Source: a virus (Duplodnaviria > Heunggongvirae > Uroviricota > Caudoviricetes). Taken from it: 33,514 nucleotides of DNA. The first letter of the stretch is position 1. The number at the start of each line of letters is the position of its first letter. The stretch lies in IMG/VR virus record IMGVR_UViG_3300009502_000019. One strand, given 5' to 3'. The notes beneath the pieces are model-generated. The model was not told the origin of the DNA. It ran no database searches and saw only the letters and a program-made list of their open reading frames with translations. A program made the position numbers and the translations under genes. Positions 12,613 through 22,942 of the stretch are shown piece after piece.

Positions 12613-13569
12613 TTACAAGCTCCTTAGTTTGTTGTAGATGAACGGCCACGTTTGAAGTTCGTTTAGAAGAATATGCCTGGCTGCTGCAATGTCCTTTATG
12701 TGGCTCTCGCGAAATGTGCTGTTAACAATATTGACGGCCCGCTCAGCTTCTTTTGTTACACCTTCCAACGGCCCATCTATCCTAACATACGCGAAAGAGT
12801 CCTTCGGGACAAACTCGTGTACATTGTCACCACCAAAGTAAATAGGCATGGTCCACAGAAGCATGCTGTCGTAAAATCTCTCTGATAGATAATTATGCAC
12901 TGGCCTTCCGGTAAACATCACTCCAACATCAAAGTCTAGCGCGTACCGGTAGTCTACTTCTATGTCTTTGCCTACAAAGTGGTCTCCGACAGACACATCC
13001 ATGGTGGATGCAGGTATGCCGGCTACCCCACGATAGAACTTGTTTATAACTGGATTACTCATGAACTTCGAGTCTTGCCTTCCAAAGATGTCTATGTTGT
13101 CTGACTTCTTAACGTATTCCTCCAGGAACCTGATACGCTGGCCGTAGGTCGGGCGGTCGATGCTGTCTTCCTGATAGGTAGTGATGCTTATAACGTCCTT
13201 GCTCTTCTTTGGAGGAGTCATTGCCATAAGTGCATCATAGTCATGGCTAATCCACCACTCGCCAGGGTTGAGGCATGTATCGTTCGGAAACACTGCAATA
13301 GCTCCAGGCACGTTTGTCATCGCATGGTAGGACCTGACACCTTTCGGATGCTGCGCAAAGCACACTACCCTGTCCCTTGGAATAGGGTGAGCATCCAGGG
13401 GAAGAGGACCGTCCATGCAAACAACATAGTCAGCCGCGAAAGGATCGGTTACAGCCTCCATACTTTCCCAGCGACCAGACTTTTTTGGTGTCATTTTTAT
13501 AAGTGTTCTCAGAAGAGCCGTCGGATCTTTAAAATGCTGCGACACGAAACACACTTTAAACTGCTTCAT
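12613..13569 (-). CDS. GT10-like glycosyltransferase (paralogue of 9272..10153)
   Basis: YRYALDFD...YLSERFYDSMLLWTMPIYFG; shared EWWI..DYD.L motif. Confidence 0.7.
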   Translation of the reverse strand: MKQFKVCFVSQHFKDPTALLRTLIKMTPKKSGRWESMEAVTDPFAADYVVCMDGPLPLDAHPIPRDRVVCFAQHPKGVRSYHAMTNVPGAIAVFPNDTCLNPGEWWISHDYDALMAMTPPKKSKDVISITTYQEDSIDRPTYGQRIRFLEEYVKKSDNIDIFGRQDSKFMSNPVINKFYRGVAGIPASTMDVSVGDHFVGKDIEVDYRYALDFDVGVMFTGRPVHNYLSERFYDSMLLWTMPIYFGGDNVHEFVPKDSFAYVRIDGPLEGVTKEAERAVNIVNSTFRESHIKDIAAARHILLNELQTWPFIYNKLRSL

Positions 13570-14133
13570 TTAGATACTCTCTCTATACACTTGTTCAAGC
13601 CGGAGTCTTATTTTTGTTGCTTGGCGAAGTATTCGGTCTTTGTTTCTGTCCTTTATCTTCTTAATAGGAACACCCGCGTATACGGACCACGGGTCAAGTT
13701 TCGAGAATGCCGGAACCCAACTAAGCCCTCCAATAACTGTTCCCTCAGGTATCACCGTTCCTGGCATTATGACGGAGTTAGTTCCTACACCACAGTAGTC
13801 TCCGATAGTCACATCTCCAGAGCACATCTCCATACCAATGTCGTAGTCTGGCGCTAATATAACAAGGTCATTAACGAAGTCGTTACTGCCACAATAGATC
13901 TTCACGCCGGATGCGATCGACCCGAAGTCACCCATTGTAAACTGCCTGTCTTTTCCTCCAGCGATAACGCAGGATGCCGCTACGTGAGACATCATCCCGA
14001 TCTTTACCTTAGTAGAGAAGTAACAAAAGTCGTCCACTACGGAGTGGTCTCCAACGACAAAGAACTCCGGATGTCTGATACGCGTGTTACTAGATACAAT
14101 GTTCCTGATGCGCATACCGTTAGATAGCATCAT
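13570..14133 (-). CDS. Hexapeptide-repeat (left-handed beta-helix) acyltransferase
   Basis: Likely start MMLSNG (GGAG SD); VTIGDYCGVGTNSVIMPGTVI, VYAGVP. Confidence 0.85.
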   Translation of the reverse strand: MMLSNGMRIRNIVSSNTRIRHPEFFVVGDHSVVDDFCYFSTKVKIGMMSHVAASCVIAGGKDRQFTMGDFGSIASGVKIYCGSNDFVNDLVILAPDYDIGMEMCSGDVTIGDYCGVGTNSVIMPGTVIPEGTVIGGLSWVPAFSKLDPWSVYAGVPIKKIKDRNKDRILRQATKIRLRLEQVYRESI

Positions 14134-14779
14134 TGGGGTTCTCCGAACGGGGAACAGCAAGCCCCTCTTTTTCGATGTAGCTTTTAGCGTCCTCAGTCCA
14201 CACACCTTTAGTAATGGGGTTCTTCTGCCATATGGATATAAGCGGCTCCTTCATAGAGAAGTTCTTAGCACCTGGGATAGTCCTCGTGTGAGCGTTCTGC
14301 TCAAACTGCCACACGTTCTCATCAGGTCTTACAAAGTTCTTGAAGTAGTCCCTACGCCAAAGAGACGGCTGAAGAGACGCCACGTAGTAAGCCGTGTCTG
14401 GTATTACGTCTAGCATACTCTCTTCTTTAGCAGCTTCCGCAGATACATTTAGCCGTATCTGGTCGGCGAGTCCTTGGCGAACTAAATTAACCAGAACATC
14501 CATAAGGAACACATTGACCGATTTACAGATCCAGTAGTCTTCGACCATCATAAGTAGAATAGGTTCGGGTATCCTGTCGAGAGCCACAAGCATACCGTTT
14601 GACCATCCCGTATCAGGGCCTACCTTTACCGACTCCCCGGCTGGTGCATCCTTAAAATTAGTAACGAAGTATAACTTGCAGGAGCACTCCGGCCAGTACT
14701 TACGAAGTCCGTGCATGAAAACAGGCCACGCCCGCGAATATTTGTCACAGCTTGTCACTACTAAGGCAACGTCGTTCAT
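14120..14779 (-). CDS. Putative GT-A glycosyltransferase
   Basis: LVVTSCDKY..W, LMMVEDY acidic motif; cluster context. Confidence 0.5.
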   Translation of the reverse strand: MNDVALVVTSCDKYSRAWPVFMHGLRKYWPECSCKLYFVTNFKDAPAGESVKVGPDTGWSNGMLVALDRIPEPILLMMVEDYWICKSVNVFLMDVLVNLVRQGLADQIRLNVSAEAAKEESMLDVIPDTAYYVASLQPSLWRRDYFKNFVRPDENVWQFEQNAHTRTIPGAKNFSMKEPLISIWQKNPITKGVWTEDAKSYIEKEGLAVPRSENPNDAI

Positions 14780-15756
14780 CGGTACTTCTCTATAAAAGCT
14801 AAGAGCTCCTTGATTCGTATCTCATGGGTATGCCTGGTGTTTATGCAGTGAATAGCTCTGTCAACAACACTCTTACGCAAGGACTCATCTCGCAATATCT
14901 GATTTGCTTTATCGCTAAGATCCCGCCAGTCGTTTTCGTATGTTATATAGCTTCCTTCATCTAAGACAGTCTCTATCCCGGTGAACTTGTTTGTGAATAG
15001 CACTGAGCCGCACGCCATGATCTCAAACGTTTTGGCGGACGTCAGGTTGTATTTAGACCCACAGGATACATGGCTAACATACTCATGCATACACTTGATG
15101 TAATCGTCAAACACGCGCTCTCTGCTTCTAAACACGTCTATAATGTTGCTTCGCTGAAGCATTGTGTGGGCTACAAACCTCTGTGGGTAGCAGTCAGGGC
15201 TTGACGCGCCCACAAAGCAGAACTTGTTCTTTCGCGCCCCGTAGTACGGTGTAAATATGCTCGTATCCACGGAGAACGGAAAGAACTCAACTGGAACTGT
15301 TTGCATCCTAAGGGACTGGCTAAAGTGCTTCTGAAGAACCACTGTTATCCCCATGCTCCTGTGCCAGTCGTAGCTAGCCTCGTAGTGAAAGTCTTCTTCA
15401 ATACATATCTTACGAATCGGGTACGTGGCGAAGTCAAGTGGAAGCCAGCAGTACCCAACGTCTCCGTTTCTGTCCGGAAACAGCGACACCGGGAAGTAGT
15501 TTGGGTGATATGCGGCGGCACGCGTGTTTAGGATGATCACATCTATTTTTAGTTTGTCTATGATGTACTCCATGGTAAGAGAGAAGTTGAACGGGATCGG
15601 CACAATCGACTTATCCCCTTTAAACATCTCATACATGTTTGGACCGTAGATAAACAGGTCGTCAACGTACTTTTTCACCTCAAGCGCGAAATCCGTGTGG
15701 AGCCACTTATCACACTTGTTGACCCTACTGAAGTGATCTATCCAGAGTATTCTCAT
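14776..15756 (-). CDS. Glycosyltransferase, CgeB/Glyco_trans_1_2-like
   Basis: AKTFEIMACGSVLFTN...RHTHEIR; IEEDFHYE shared with 8325..9275. Confidence 0.75.
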   Translation of the reverse strand: MRILWIDHFSRVNKCDKWLHTDFALEVKKYVDDLFIYGPNMYEMFKGDKSIVPIPFNFSLTMEYIIDKLKIDVIILNTRAAAYHPNYFPVSLFPDRNGDVGYCWLPLDFATYPIRKICIEEDFHYEASYDWHRSMGITVVLQKHFSQSLRMQTVPVEFFPFSVDTSIFTPYYGARKNKFCFVGASSPDCYPQRFVAHTMLQRSNIIDVFRSRERVFDDYIKCMHEYVSHVSCGSKYNLTSAKTFEIMACGSVLFTNKFTGIETVLDEGSYITYENDWRDLSDKANQILRDESLRKSVVDRAIHCINTRHTHEIRIKELLAFIEKYR

Positions 15757-16487
15757 GTCAGATCTCCATAGTACACAGGGACAGGACCCTGCGGGTTTCC
15801 AACTAAGCCACCGATAAGAGCTAGACGACGCTCCATTTCAGCTTTGTTCCTTAAAAACACACCCATAAGGTGAGTGTTGTTAACAAACAAAGTGTCTTGA
15901 GTGTACTTATGGAACTGGTGAGTTACTGTATATGGCATGTTCTCTTTGTTGTGCTTGTGCCTCTCGCAGATCTCGCGATCCTCACAGCCGTACCCATCAA
16001 ACCCCTCGCACATCCCACCAGACTTGAAGAACTCCGCTTTCTTTATGCAGAATCCTATGCCAAATATGTCCTCTTTGTAATACTCAAGGCGGTCTGCTCC
16101 TCCCTTTTCTGTCTCTCTGAGTACAATGTTAAATGGGACAAACACATAATTTTTTGTGCTATTCATGTACTCAAACACTGTCTTTAGGTAATCTCTGTCC
16201 GTAATGATGTCTGCATCCATGACAAACAGCCACTCGGCTGATGAGTTCCTTGCCGCGACATTAATGAACCAGGATTTGCAGAACAGATCACGGTGTGGGA
16301 GCGTCACCACCTTATCCGCCAACTTTTCAAGGCTTGGGTGGCTGGCGTCCATGTCTCGCACGATTATGAGCTCGAACATGTCTCTTGGAAGTGACTGAGC
16401 TGATATAGATTGCAGCGTGGCGTTAAACAGTCTTAGCCGGTCCTCCTGCTTGCCGTACCAGCAGAATATGAGCGAAAACTTAGGCAT
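15753..16487 (-). CDS. GT2/GT7-like glycosyltransferase
   Basis: FVMDADII (DxD), GGMCEGFDGYGCEDREI. Confidence 0.8.
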   Translation of the reverse strand: MPKFSLIFCWYGKQEDRLRLFNATLQSISAQSLPRDMFELIIVRDMDASHPSLEKLADKVVTLPHRDLFCKSWFINVAARNSSAEWLFVMDADIITDRDYLKTVFEYMNSTKNYVFVPFNIVLRETEKGGADRLEYYKEDIFGIGFCIKKAEFFKSGGMCEGFDGYGCEDREICERHKHNKENMPYTVTHQFHKYTQDTLFVNNTHLMGVFLRNKAEMERRLALIGGLVGNPQGPVPVYYGDLT

Positions 16488-17565
16488 AGAACTCCTTAAT
16501 TTTACTGCACACAGCTATTAGTTGATCATTTGTAAGCCCCGGAGATGAGGGAAGCCACAGACCCATGGAGGACATCTTGGTCGCTACAGGGAAGTCCATT
16601 CCGTAAAAGCTGTATATCTTTTGGCTGTGGATCGCGGGGTAGATAGGACGTGTTTTAATACCAGCGTCGAGCAGGAACTTCGCTAGATCTTCGCGATTCT
16701 CAACATAGATGTCAATAAACCACGGTGTGACATAGCTTAGATCCATGTCAAGCATGGTAACCTGCGAAACTTCTCTTAGAGCACACTCATACATGAGGTA
16801 CATCTCTCGTTTCCTAGCTATCCTTGTGTGAATGTCTCTGAACTGGCTTAGCCCAACTATTGCCTGAAGCTCTGTGAACTTGCAGTTTACTCCGAACTCG
16901 TCATGAATATCGAGCCCGCCTCCGGTGCGTCCAAAGTCCTTAAGTTTTTTGATCTTGTCGGCAACTTTATCATCATTGGTTACAAGGCACCCACCCTGCC
17001 CCGTAGTGATTATTTTAGGCATAGAGAAGGAAAATGACGACACGTCACCATACCTCCCGATGCGTTCTCCGTTGGAGTAGCGCGACCCTAGAGACTGGGC
17101 GTCGTCAGATATGTACGCCAAGTTGTGGAGGAAGCAGAACTCCTTAATTAGGCTTGGATCTACGTGGCTTCTGCCGTGTAGCGTTACATAGATTATTGCC
17201 TTAGTCTTGGGTGTAATCTTGTCCCGGGCCTTGTCTAAGTTCATGCATAGCGTGGTAGCGCTTACGTCAACAAGCACTGGAGTAGCTCCGATGAACCTCA
17301 CTGCGTTTGGAGTCGCGATCATGGTTATATCAGGGACAAGTACCTCGTCTCCTGGCCCAACACCCATCGCGAGCAGAGCTAGGGACAGGCTGATAGTACC
17401 GTTATTGACCATAAAGCAATGTTTTACCTCGAGAAACTCTTTGATCTTGTTCTCAAACTCGGCAGTCTTTTTGTACTCAGTTATGTACCCACCGGAGTCA
17501 AAGTACTCGCTAAATCGTGCTTTCAGGTCGGCTGTGTCAAGCAAAGGCTCAAATTGGTTGATCAT
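16480..17565 (-). CDS. DegT/DnrJ/EryC1/StrS PLP-dependent sugar aminotransferase (perosamine synthase-like)
   Basis: NNGTISL, DDAQSLG, FSFSMPKIITTGQGG. Confidence 0.92.
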   Translation of the reverse strand: MINQFEPLLDTADLKARFSEYFDSGGYITEYKKTAEFENKIKEFLEVKHCFMVNNGTISLSLALLAMGVGPGDEVLVPDITMIATPNAVRFIGATPVLVDVSATTLCMNLDKARDKITPKTKAIIYVTLHGRSHVDPSLIKEFCFLHNLAYISDDAQSLGSRYSNGERIGRYGDVSSFSFSMPKIITTGQGGCLVTNDDKVADKIKKLKDFGRTGGGLDIHDEFGVNCKFTELQAIVGLSQFRDIHTRIARKREMYLMYECALREVSQVTMLDMDLSYVTPWFIDIYVENREDLAKFLLDAGIKTRPIYPAIHSQKIYSFYGMDFPVATKMSSMGLWLPSSPGLTNDQLIAVCSKIKEFYA

Positions 17566-18134
17566 AGCTTCCTTGCCACTACCCCTATCATTGGGTAGTC
17601 GTGTTTTACGACAGTTTTAAACTGCACCTTCCAGGAGTCCCCAAGAAGTTCTTTAATTGTTTTACGCGTGTACCCCCACTTGTGTGTTGAGTACTCGTTC
17701 TTTTGGTTACAGTAGATAAGCTCCATCAACCATTCAGGGTCTGTCTTGTAGTGCTTGCGAACGTCTTCGTGTATGTCTGGAAAGTCAAAAATAAACCTTC
17801 CTCCAGACACAAGTACTCGCCTGGCTTCCCCTACGATGTGAGCAGCGTCCCGCTTCGTAAAATGCTCAATGGCAGAGATCATTACTATCTCATCAACCGA
17901 GTTGTTGCTGAAGTCCATCCAGTTCTCAGTGAGGTTCATTTTCTTATCGACAATACACTCTCCGCGTGTTCTCTTAGAAAACTCCGTAGAAAATGGTCTC
18001 GTGAAGTACCTGTCTAGTGTAGTGAGGTTTGGATTGGCTTCCCCCTTGCGCAGCTTCCTTCCGCCGATATCGACGTTAATGTGCCCGCTAAGGTATACGT
18101 CTCCACAGCAAAGATGAACCTTCATGCTTCCCAC
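17562..18134 (-). CDS. Class I SAM-dependent methyltransferase-like protein
   Basis: VHLCCGDVYL, SVDEIVMISAIEHF, RRVLVSGG. Confidence 0.7.
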   Translation of the reverse strand: MGSMKVHLCCGDVYLSGHINVDIGGRKLRKGEANPNLTTLDRYFTRPFSTEFSKRTRGECIVDKKMNLTENWMDFSNNSVDEIVMISAIEHFTKRDAAHIVGEARRVLVSGGRFIFDFPDIHEDVRKHYKTDPEWLMELIYCNQKNEYSTHKWGYTRKTIKELLGDSWKVQFKTVVKHDYPMIGVVARKL

Positions 18135-18880
18135 CTCTTTAGTTTATCTCTGAACTCCTCGAACTTGTCCTTCCTGCACCACACATTGGCCATGCGATCG
18201 GAGTCTTTGCAAAGAAACACGTACCCTAGTGGGGACAGCCTGGCATCAGCCTCGTCCTCCCACACGTTGTTGCAGTAAAAGCATATGAGCTCTGTGTTTG
18301 ATAAGTTTCTCTTGAGAGTTGCATACGTGGCGTAGTCCCACTCAGGGTTGCTTTTAAACACCTCGGAAACAGGCCCAATCCCAGGTGAGATGAAGCAAAA
18401 CCTGGGTGCGGAGCAGTTATGTATGATAACTGGGTTGGCAGCGAAGTTGTTAACTTGGCACGTAGCACCGGCGGCTACCATCATGTCGTCAAACAGCTGC
18501 CGCGGACACTCACACCATGCGTCTATCGTGTGAAAGTTAGTAAACCCAGACTTTGCCAGGAAATAGATAAAGCTTCCTGATCCGGCGCCAACATCTTCTA
18601 TTAGGATATCTTTCCTGTCTTTATATAGCTCCCGGATAACAAACAGCGGCAGGTAGTGTGATATGTTAAATGGAAGCTTGTACTCGGGCCTAAAGTTTAT
18701 GACAGGATCTAGTTTTGGGTACGTTCTAGAGGGCGGTATTAGCCTGTAAAACCCTGGATCAAAGTAGGCGTCGTGCTCAGTTCTTACATTCGGGTACGTG
18801 TAGTGGACATCGATTAGCTTTGCGACATGTGGCGCAAGCTCGTCAATCCAGTTTATGTCTTTGAGTATGTTCAGTATCAT
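18122..18880 (-). CDS. Putative methyltransferase-fold protein
   Basis: LIEDVGAGSG motif I only. Confidence 0.45.
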   Translation of the reverse strand: MILNILKDINWIDELAPHVAKLIDVHYTYPNVRTEHDAYFDPGFYRLIPPSRTYPKLDPVINFRPEYKLPFNISHYLPLFVIRELYKDRKDILIEDVGAGSGSFIYFLAKSGFTNFHTIDAWCECPRQLFDDMMVAAGATCQVNNFAANPVIIHNCSAPRFCFISPGIGPVSEVFKSNPEWDYATYATLKRNLSNTELICFYCNNVWEDEADARLSPLGYVFLCKDSDRMANVWCRKDKFEEFRDKLKRWEA

Positions 18881-19476
18881 TTTAAGATGGCTCCCATCTC
18901 ATATCCAATGTGAACTCGCGGAAGATCCATCTTCTTGTATCCCTCAAGACTTCTCCACCACTTAAAGGCCTGTGGGTAGTGCTGCTCTGACAAAATGTCA
19001 TCCAGGAACATGTACCCGCCATCTTTAAGCTTAGGGTAGTACAACGCTAATTGGTTGTTTAGAAGATCTATGTCTCTGTCTGTATCAACGAAAATTACCC
19101 CCAAGTCGTTAGGTATTTTTTCCGCAATACGCTTATCCAGCACATCACCAAAGATGAACTCTATGTTTGACACCCCTTGTGTATATTGTGCTGAGTTTTG
19201 GATTTGACACATGTTGTTATCTATCGTGTATATCTTAGTACTGGGGCAGGCCTTAGACATAAATAGTGCAGACACCCCGGAATGTGTTCCAAGCTCTAGC
19301 ACTGTCTTAGGCTTTAGCCTTCGCAGTACCTCGTACAGGAACTCATAATGGTTTGACGGTACCCCAGGCCAGTCTTTGTACAGTTCAGTCTTTACTGCCG
19401 TAAGCTCCGGGTCGTCTACAGCAAAAGTTTGAACGTAGTCTTGGACTTCCAGTAGAAACGGGTCGGATACTGTCAC
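18877..19476 (-). CDS. Class I SAM-dependent O-methyltransferase-like (Methyltransf_24 type)
   Basis: VLELGTHSGVS, IFVDTD, LKDGGYMFLDD. Confidence 0.8.
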   Translation of the reverse strand: MTVSDPFLLEVQDYVQTFAVDDPELTAVKTELYKDWPGVPSNHYEFLYEVLRRLKPKTVLELGTHSGVSALFMSKACPSTKIYTIDNNMCQIQNSAQYTQGVSNIEFIFGDVLDKRIAEKIPNDLGVIFVDTDRDIDLLNNQLALYYPKLKDGGYMFLDDILSEQHYPQAFKWWRSLEGYKKMDLPRVHIGYEMGAILK

Positions 19477-19859
19477 AGCATGTCGCTCGCTATCTTTGTA
19501 CTATTAAAGTCATCAACGATCTTACGAAACTCAGCGTGCTTGTTTTTCTTTTCCTCTGGGTCAGCTCCCCACTCAAGCACCACTGAGCTATTTATGGACA
19601 GGAAGTAGTGCGGAGTTCCTCGCGGGATCCTGAGTGTGTCTCCGGCACCCATAATAAACACTTCCTTACTTTTACCGAGAACATACTCAATCTCTCCCTC
19701 AACTACACAAGCAAACTCATCATGAATGTCGTGTTGACACCCACCTCGTGCAAATCCGGCGTTTGTCTTAAAGACAGTAACCTCTTTAAACATGTTTAAA
19801 TCGCCGAGCAGAAGACTTATAGATCCGCGGGCATCCGAGTGAATAGTCTGTAGCTCCAT
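19473..19859 (-). CDS. Cupin-fold protein (sugar epimerase/isomerase-like)
   Basis: DARGSI, RGGCQH...E, IPRGTPHYF. Confidence 0.7.
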   Translation of the reverse strand: MELQTIHSDARGSISLLLGDLNMFKEVTVFKTNAGFARGGCQHDIHDEFACVVEGEIEYVLGKSKEVFIMGAGDTLRIPRGTPHYFLSINSSVVLEWGADPEEKKNKHAEFRKIVDDFNSTKIASDML

Positions 19860-19945
19860 TGTTTGCTCCTCTCCTCATGTAATCTTCCGAGCAGGTACAT
19901 CAAAGCCAGAAGAAGTAAAAGACGAAATTCACTTATCTCAGCCAT
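19817..19945 (-). CDS. Possible 42-aa hydrophobic peptide
   Basis: ATG just after gmd stop: MAEISEFRLLLLLALMYLLGRLHEERSKQW...; overlaps cupin start, no clear SD. Confidence 0.25.
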   Translation of the reverse strand: MAEISEFRLLLLLALMYLLGRLHEERSKQWSYRLFTRMPADL

Positions 19946-19948
19946 ATG

Positions 19949-20935
19949 TTACAACTTTTCCACTACTTGCTTGGCCGTCTCCTTAAGATCGGAGTCGACC
20001 ATAAGCTTCACAAGCTGCTTGAAGGTTACTTCGGGCTTCCACCCGAGAACCGTCTGGATCTTAGTGGAATCACCAAGAAGCGCCGGAACCTCATTCGGCC
20101 TGCGGTAGGAGTCGTCAATAATGACATGCTTCTCGATAGGTATCTCGAGGTAGTTGAACACCTCGTCCAGAAACTCGCGTACCGTGTGTGTCTCACCGGT
20201 AGATACTACCCAGTCATCCGGAACGTCATGCTGCATAATCATATGGATAGCTCGCATGTAGTCCTTAGAGTGTCCCCAGTCACGTTTAGCGTCCAGGTTT
20301 CCGAGCCGCATGGTGCTCTGAAGACCGAGCTTGATTCTACATGCCGCTTGGGTAATCTTCCTTGTGACAAAGTTTACTCCGCGTCTCTCGGACTCATGGT
20401 TAAATAAAATCCCATTAGCAGCAAACATCCCATAACCGGTTCTGTAGGACTTCGTGATGTGGTAGCTATAAAGCTTTGCACATCCGTAGGGGCTTACTGG
20501 GTTAAATGGGCTTGTCTCGCTCTGAGGCGGCGGCGTTATGCCGAACATCTCAGAAGAGCTTGCCTGATAGAACCGCGTCTTCTTTGTCAGGCCAAGTTTT
20601 CTTATGCCCTCAAGTATTCGGCATACTCCAACAGAGTTAATATCTGCGGTATAGATCGGTATGTCGAAGCTGATCTTCACATGACTCATTGCAGCCAGGT
20701 TGTAGATCTCATCCGGCTGCAAGCTGTACAGGAGGTCGTCTATCCCGTCAGCTAGGTCACCATAATGTATAAATTGCTTGGACTCAGGATCGAACTTGTC
20801 ATCAATTCTTCCGGTGTTAGGCCAGCTGGTCCTGCGGATTACTCCATGAACTTCGTATCCCTTGCTCAGTAAAAGTTCCGACATGTAACTTCCATCTTGG
20901 CCGGTTATTCCAGTTATTAAAGCTACCTTAGGCAC
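19949..20935 (-). CDS. gmd: GDP-mannose 4,6-dehydratase
   Basis: ALITGITGQDGSY, FYQASSSEMFG, SPYGCAK, NGILFNHES, RDWGH. Confidence 0.96.
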   Translation of the reverse strand: MPKVALITGITGQDGSYMSELLLSKGYEVHGVIRRTSWPNTGRIDDKFDPESKQFIHYGDLADGIDDLLYSLQPDEIYNLAAMSHVKISFDIPIYTADINSVGVCRILEGIRKLGLTKKTRFYQASSSEMFGITPPPQSETSPFNPVSPYGCAKLYSYHITKSYRTGYGMFAANGILFNHESERRGVNFVTRKITQAACRIKLGLQSTMRLGNLDAKRDWGHSKDYMRAIHMIMQHDVPDDWVVSTGETHTVREFLDEVFNYLEIPIEKHVIIDDSYRRPNEVPALLGDSTKIQTVLGWKPEVTFKQLVKLMVDSDLKETAKQVVEKL

Positions 20936-21710
20936 GGGTACCCCCTTGTATTGTTGGCATTGTTTTGAATGTGTCCGCTAGGCGGGCGATGAAATGGTCA
21001 TAGTTTCGCTTGTACTGAGCGCCATTAGTATTACGGCTTTCATGATACATATGATACCATACGTCATTAACACTCTCCTTCCGAAGCATCCGTTTGTCAC
21101 TTAGAAACATCGACTTAAAAGATACATCGGAATCTTCTGCTCCCCACCCTTCATAGAACTCGTCATAAAGCGGACTTCCAAACGAGCTGATGAAGAGATT
21201 GTAAGCCGCTTTAGTCATGGAGATCTGAGACGGTCCTACCCGGAACTCCTCCTTATCGGTTGCTGACATAACATACTCAATCGCGGGGTAACTAGCCATA
21301 ACATGGCCCGACACGCTGCTTCCAAGCTTATACCCATGTGATACAACGTAGTCGGCGCCAAGATTGATTTTCCTGAGAATGTCATTTAGAAACGAGTGAG
21401 TATACACCATGTCAACGTCCACGATGCTGAACCAGTCAAAGTCGTCCATCCTCGACAGAGCATTATTAATAAGCCTGGACTTGTTGAACAATCCGGAGTT
21501 TGGAAAGCGCAGGTGCATCAACTTGAAGTTTTTATAGTGGCCAAGAGGAGGCGTTTCGTTAACGGAGTCGTCTGAGACGTAGACAGTTACTTTGAATCCT
21601 GGATTAGCGCACGCTAGATTCAAATAGTGCAGGCACGTTGCCAAGAACTCGTGGCGGTCTCGTTTCGGTATTATTATATTAACTCGTTTTACAGCTTGCT
21701 TTGGATCCAC
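20928..21710 (-). CDS. GT2/GT7-like glycosyltransferase
   Basis: IIIPKRDR, VDVDM (DxD), YDEFYEGWGAEDSD, YHMYH. Confidence 0.78.
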   Translation of the reverse strand: MDPKQAVKRVNIIIPKRDRHEFLATCLHYLNLACANPGFKVTVYVSDDSVNETPPLGHYKNFKLMHLRFPNSGLFNKSRLINNALSRMDDFDWFSIVDVDMVYTHSFLNDILRKINLGADYVVSHGYKLGSSVSGHVMASYPAIEYVMSATDKEEFRVGPSQISMTKAAYNLFISSFGSPLYDEFYEGWGAEDSDVSFKSMFLSDKRMLRKESVNDVWYHMYHESRNTNGAQYKRNYDHFIARLADTFKTMPTIQGGTRA

Positions 21711-22558
21711 TTGCCCACGGCCTCCGGCGTACAGGTTTCTTTAAATAATGTCTTCGCATTCTCGCTGATCTGTATAAACGGGTGAACAAACGAGTGGATC
21801 CCCTTCCACATTACAATGCTTATGACGTCGGAGTAGTCGTCCTTGCACTTTAGGTAGTGGCAGTTAGTCTCCTGTGGCATCAGGTTTGGGAACTTGTCGT
21901 GCCCAAGCAGTCTCTTTCCAAACGGAAGGACCTCTGGAATGTTAGGCGATACTGTCAAGCATCCAAATGCAAGGTATTGCAGGTGGGCCCGGTCAAGCAT
22001 GTTATTGCAGTATCCTGGGGCGAACACCGCCATATCAACATCATTGATCTCTTTCCAGTAGTCTTCTTGTCCGATAATTCCAGTAAGGATCTTGTGCCGG
22101 CTCTTGTCATCGACGTCCCATCCATGTTCTGCGTTCAGCTTGTCTGAGTCGTCTGCCAGCCTCTTAAGGGTCTTCTGTACTTTAATGCGCCTCTCTGTGG
22201 CGTCCCCGTATGGGCGCTGTCGTGAGCTTATCCAGAAACTTCGCAGAGGGTTGTACTGGATCTCTTTTTCGAGCGCATAGTACCGGTCCCAGTCGTAGAA
22301 GCTAACTGGGGGAAAGCAAAATATGCCAGCAGTCTCCTCGACACAGTGAAACTTAAAGACGGGGAGACTGCTGGTGGGGGGATCGCTTGTGTCACGGTAG
22401 TCAAACAGGAAGTCTCTACCGTTTATGGTTACAACAAAGTCTGTACGAACTTCGTAGGAGATCTTGCACTTTAAGTACTTAAAGATATTAAGTACGTATA
22501 GGAAGTGGATATCATAGTAGTGCTGGCCTGTGTTCTCGGGGAATATTATCTCAAACAT
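21689..22558 (-). CDS. Hypothetical, possibly GT-B glycosyltransferase
   Basis: C-terminal YLAFGCLTVSP resembles Glyco_trans_1_2; cluster context. Confidence 0.4.
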   Translation of the reverse strand: MFEIIFPENTGQHYYDIHFLYVLNIFKYLKCKISYEVRTDFVVTINGRDFLFDYRDTSDPPTSSLPVFKFHCVEETAGIFCFPPVSFYDWDRYYALEKEIQYNPLRSFWISSRQRPYGDATERRIKVQKTLKRLADDSDKLNAEHGWDVDDKSRHKILTGIIGQEDYWKEINDVDMAVFAPGYCNNMLDRAHLQYLAFGCLTVSPNIPEVLPFGKRLLGHDKFPNLMPQETNCHYLKCKDDYSDVISIVMWKGIHSFVHPFIQISENAKTLFKETCTPEAVGKWIQSKL

Positions 22559-22560
22559 TG

Positions 22561-22893
22561 TTACGCGCTAAATGGTCGATAGACAGCTTCTGGGAGAACA
22601 GCCAGCATGTTCTTAGCCCCAGTAGGATTCCAGCTGTGTACCACGATTTGCCCTTTCACGTTCTTGTTGCTGAGAAACTCCGCCACTCTATATCCGGAGT
22701 TCTCAAGTTCAGAGCTGCAGAACACTTGCCCGCCAAGGTCATGATCTAGTGAGTATAAATCGTAATCAAGCCCTTGTTCGAGTATTGCAATAGCTTCGTT
22801 TGCTGTTGTAGCTATGGTAAGGCTCTCAGACGCGTACCGCCTCTTAAATGCGCTTATACGAACTTCCATGTCTTCCAGGACGAATATCCGCAC
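22561..22893 (-). CDS. Stand-alone receiver-like protein (cyclic-phosphate-processing REC type)
   Basis: IFVLED, SLDHDLGG, SGYRVAEFL, VHSWNPTGAKNM. Confidence 0.7.
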   Translation of the reverse strand: MRIFVLEDMEVRISAFKRRYASESLTIATTANEAIAILEQGLDYDLYSLDHDLGGQVFCSSELENSGYRVAEFLSNKNVKGQIVVHSWNPTGAKNMLAVLPEAVYRPFSA

Positions 22894-22942
22894 AGTGGCC
22901 TCACTCTATATTACGGCTGTTTCAAGAAAAAATTATGAAATA

